This document shows, piece after piece, positions 61,086 through 64,000 of a stretch of 64,000 nucleotides of DNA (its first letter is position 1; each line of letters starts with the position of its first letter). Location: NCBI RefSeq assembly GCF_009914755.1, contig NC_060926.1. The stretch is one strand, 5' to 3'. The translations under genes and the position numbers were made by a program. Below the pieces are notes generated by a model. That model was not told the origin of the DNA, did no database searches, and was given only the letters and a program-made list of their open reading frames with translations. Origin of the DNA: the human T2T-CHM13v2.0 reference genome, Homo sapiens.

Positions 61086-61103
61086 ATCCCAGACGAGCCC
61101 TCA
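61086..61103 (-). other. Primer binding site, tRNA-Pro
   Basis: TGAGGGCTCGTCTGGGAT, 3 nt after the 5' LTR; 16/18 match to the Pro PBS TGGGGGCTCGTCCGGGAT. Confidence 0.92.
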
Positions 61104-61106
61104 AAA

Positions 61107-61885
61107 TGAAGCAGCCTTGTTGTCTGGGGTAAATACTGAGGTTCTTGGTCACACGACCAGATATTGAGGTCAAGGACATGCACACACACATCGAGTGAGT
61201 TTGGAGCAGGAGTTTAATAGGCAAAAGAACAGAACAGCTCACAGTCACAGAGAGGGGTCCCGAGCAGGTTGCTAAGCAGTAGTAAAAATGTCAGGGTTTT
61301 TATAAATGGTCTAGGGAGGAGGGGCCTCATGAGGAGGGGATGTCTTATCCTCTTAGGGCCTGATGGTTTAGCTGCGACCAAGTGTGCTATCTATATAGAG
61401 CAGAATTTTTTTTATCAGCTTTTATCCCATTCCCTGACCACATAGGCTGACTCTTAGTCTGTGTTTCTTTGTCTTGCTTATCTGGGAGGGAGAGTTTCTG
61501 TGTCTGTTCCCATACATCTTCTTGCAGCTGCAGGCATCCGCCCCATGAGTCTGCTTTTAGTTTCTCTATCTTAGTGCACCTAAAGGGAAAGGAATGTGCT
61601 TATTAAGACCCACTGTTTTACTGGGGCCCATTGTATAAGTGTGAAGTTTGGCAATTACCCAGGAGACTTCCACCCCTTCTTCTGTGCTTGAGCTGTCTTA
61701 TCTGTATTTTACAGCCTGAACTTTCAGGTTACTTGTTGTTAGAAGAGAAGTGATTTTTTTTAACTGTGTGTGGTTAGAAAGGGAGCTATTTTTGAGCTGC
61801 TTTTTGTTAAAAGGAAAGTTTTCTGCTGGGGACTCACTTTACCCTAAATGTCTACCTAAATAATTTCTTTTTGCCTCCTATAACA
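61107..61885 (-). mobile_element. 5' LTR of provirus (779 bp)
   Basis: Minus strand starts TGTTATAGGAGGC and ends GGCTGCTTCA; TATAAAA at 61298-61304 and ATTAAA downstream; directly followed by the PBS. Confidence 0.95.
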
Positions 61886-63054
61886 CTGGTAGTGTCTTCC
61901 AGCATGCTACCCTCCAGTTAGCTCCTTGGGGGCCAACACCTTCATGCTGGGTAGGTACAGTGATTCTATGTGCACCACAAACTACCTGGCCTAGCCTCTG
62001 CCCCCAAGACCTTGTCTCAGTAGACTTTTGGCCAGAGAAGTATCCCCTGGTTCTTAGCTGCTATTTAGAATCTCCTTGAGATTTGGGTAAAAACACTTGA
62101 CCATGAGACCATCTTTCTATCCAAAAAGAATTCATTTTACTCAGCCTCAATGTTGCTAACAGTAACAACAACCGTAGCAATAATAGAAAATGTTTATTAA
62201 GCTCTACTATGTGTCAGACATAGAGATAGATGCTTTCCATGGGTTATCTGTTTTAATCCTGACAGAAGCTTGTCTTACTGTTGAGAAGGTAAAGTATAGT
62301 GAGTGAGGCTGGCTGACTTGCCCACGGTCTCAGAACTATTAAGTGGTATATTCAGGATTCTAGGTAATTCCTAGAACACTTTCCTTTCATCTTTGCATGA
62401 TCAGCTGCCTCAAGTCTGATTCCAGAGCTGGAGTTCAAGCCACTGTTCTATGCTGCTGCCCATCTCTGAAGAGAACATTGTCCTGAATCTATGTATCTTC
62501 TTCTTTTCCCTTTTTCATAAAAAGAGAAAGGCATAGGACCCACCTTTTTTTTCAGTTTATCCTAATTCTTTGGTATGTTACAAGGACACCATAATTCAAA
62601 ATGTAGCCCATGTTACATTCAGAATTATCAGCATAAAGGGTGAGGAGACATTTGGCACAACCAACCCCTTTTCAGTGCCTGTTATGTGTGGGCCAATGCA
62701 AGGCAGACTGTTGGAGAAGACAAGGATTATAATCCCTAGTTCTTGTGTTCAAATAGTCTATGAATACTAGCACAGCTAAGGCATGCACAAAAATAACTAT
62801 GATTAATTCATAATATAACAGTGACAGGAGGGGCACAAATAAGATCCCACTGGGGTTCAAAGAGAAGAGATCACATTTCACTTGGGGGCATCGGGCAAAG
62901 CTTCTTGGAGGATGTAGATGTTAAAATGGACCTTGGGAGATGATTGAGCTTCTGTAAACAGAATTAAGGGACAAGGTGTTTCAGGTGAATGGAATGGCAT
63001 GTGCGGAGGTCTAGGGGAGTCATGGTAAATCCACAGAAAAGTGTCTTGCAGCAG

Positions 63055-64000
63055 TGAAGTGGCCTCGTCTGGGGTGACACCCATGGTTTGTTGTCTCACG
63101 GCCACAGATATCAAGGACGTAGACACACAAAGAGTGAGGTTAAGAGTGGAAGTTTAATAGGGAAAAGAAAGAGACTAGCTCTCTGCTACAGAGAGGGATT
63201 CCAGAAAAATGGGTTACCAATTCACGGTGAAATGCAGAGGGGTTTATAGATGAGCTGTGGCAGGCACTGGGGGTTGGGGGGCTGATGTCTGATCTACATA
63301 GGGCACCAAAAACCAGTTAGAAACAGGTGTGCTATCTGCATAGGGCATGAATCTCTGACAGTCCCTACCCCAGTCTTTTATTATGCAGGTGGGTTTTCAG
63401 CCTGAGCTGTACTGTATTGGTCATTTCTTTCTTACTGTACACATGCTAACAAAAAAGGGAAGGTGGAGTTTCCATGGTGGACATGCCTGGCCCCCAGGTA
63501 GCCCTTTTCTGTTGGTACAGCGGCCAGCATTCCCTTGTGCAAGCTTTCAGTTTCCTTATCTACGTTTGTAGCTTGATTTTTCAGGCTGCTCTTTGTTAGA
63601 AAAAAAAATGATTTTGGGGGCTGCTTTTTGTTACAAGGGAAGTTCTGCCAAGGACTCTTTTGCCCTCACTATCTGTTTTTTGTTTTTTTTTTTCTTTTTT
63701 GAGATGGGGCCTCGCTCTGTCACTCAGGCTGTGGCATGCACTGGCATGATCTTGGCTCACTGCAACCTCCACCTCCCGGGTTCAAGTGATTCTCATGCCT
63801 CAGCCTCCTGAGTAGCTGGAATTACAGGCCCCCACCACCATACCTGGCTAACTTTTATATTTTAATAGAGACAAGGTTTTACCATGTTGGCCAGGCTGGT
63901 CTTGAACTCCTGACCTCAAGTGATCCACCCACCCCAGCCTCCCAAAGTGCTAGGATTACAGGCATGAGCTACCACACCCGACCTGCCCTCACTATCTGCT
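63055..64000 (-). mobile_element. Second, related ERV1 LTR (LTR9/MER61-like), apparently solo, Alu-interrupted, truncated by the window end
   Basis: Starts TGAAG like the proviral LTRs and shares blocks with them (GTCTGGGGT, GTTTAATAGG, GCTGCTTTTTGTTA) but is clearly diverged; no PBS on its internal side. Confidence 0.85.
63676..63983 (-). mobile_element. Alu inserted in the LTR
   Basis: Full dimer flanked by a 15-bp TSD TGCCCTCACTATCTG (63661-63675 and 63984-63998). Confidence 0.95.

Noticed and set aside
61081-61103. tRNA-Pro-like sequence on the + strand
   Set aside because: It is the complement of the proviral PBS; there is no tRNA 5' half or anticodon arm.

Overview
Primate (human-like) genomic DNA containing the 5' part of ANXA4 (annexin A4) on the + strand. 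It has a CpG-island promoter and non-coding exon 1 (ends 4484), a ~39.3 kb intron 1, exon 2 (43788-43842, coding only ATG GCC ATG) and exon 3 (50333-50420, [30 protein letters not shown]). Intron 3 runs off the window end. It holds an antisense ~10.15 kb class I (gammaretrovirus-like) provirus (51736-61885) with two LTRs, a CTGG target-site duplication, a tRNA-Pro PBS, a PPT, decayed gag/pro/RT and an env tail. A second related LTR begins 1.2 kb further on. The rest is dense in Alu, L1, L2, MaLR, ERV LTR and hAT MITE relics, plus a 5'-truncated Y3 RNA retrocopy. I see no convincing new protein-coding system; most ORFs in the supplied track are Alu, GC-rich or microsatellite artefacts. The most unusual signals are in the provirus: very uneven LTR-LTR divergence, a PBS that extends 5 nt past the normal 18 nt, an in-frame capsid deletion at a likely microhomology, and loss of RNase H/integrase/most of env. 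Also notable are a fold-back Alu hairpin and candidate regulatory or splicing elements of ANXA4. Repeat family names come from recalled consensus sequences, and most repeat boundaries are approximate.
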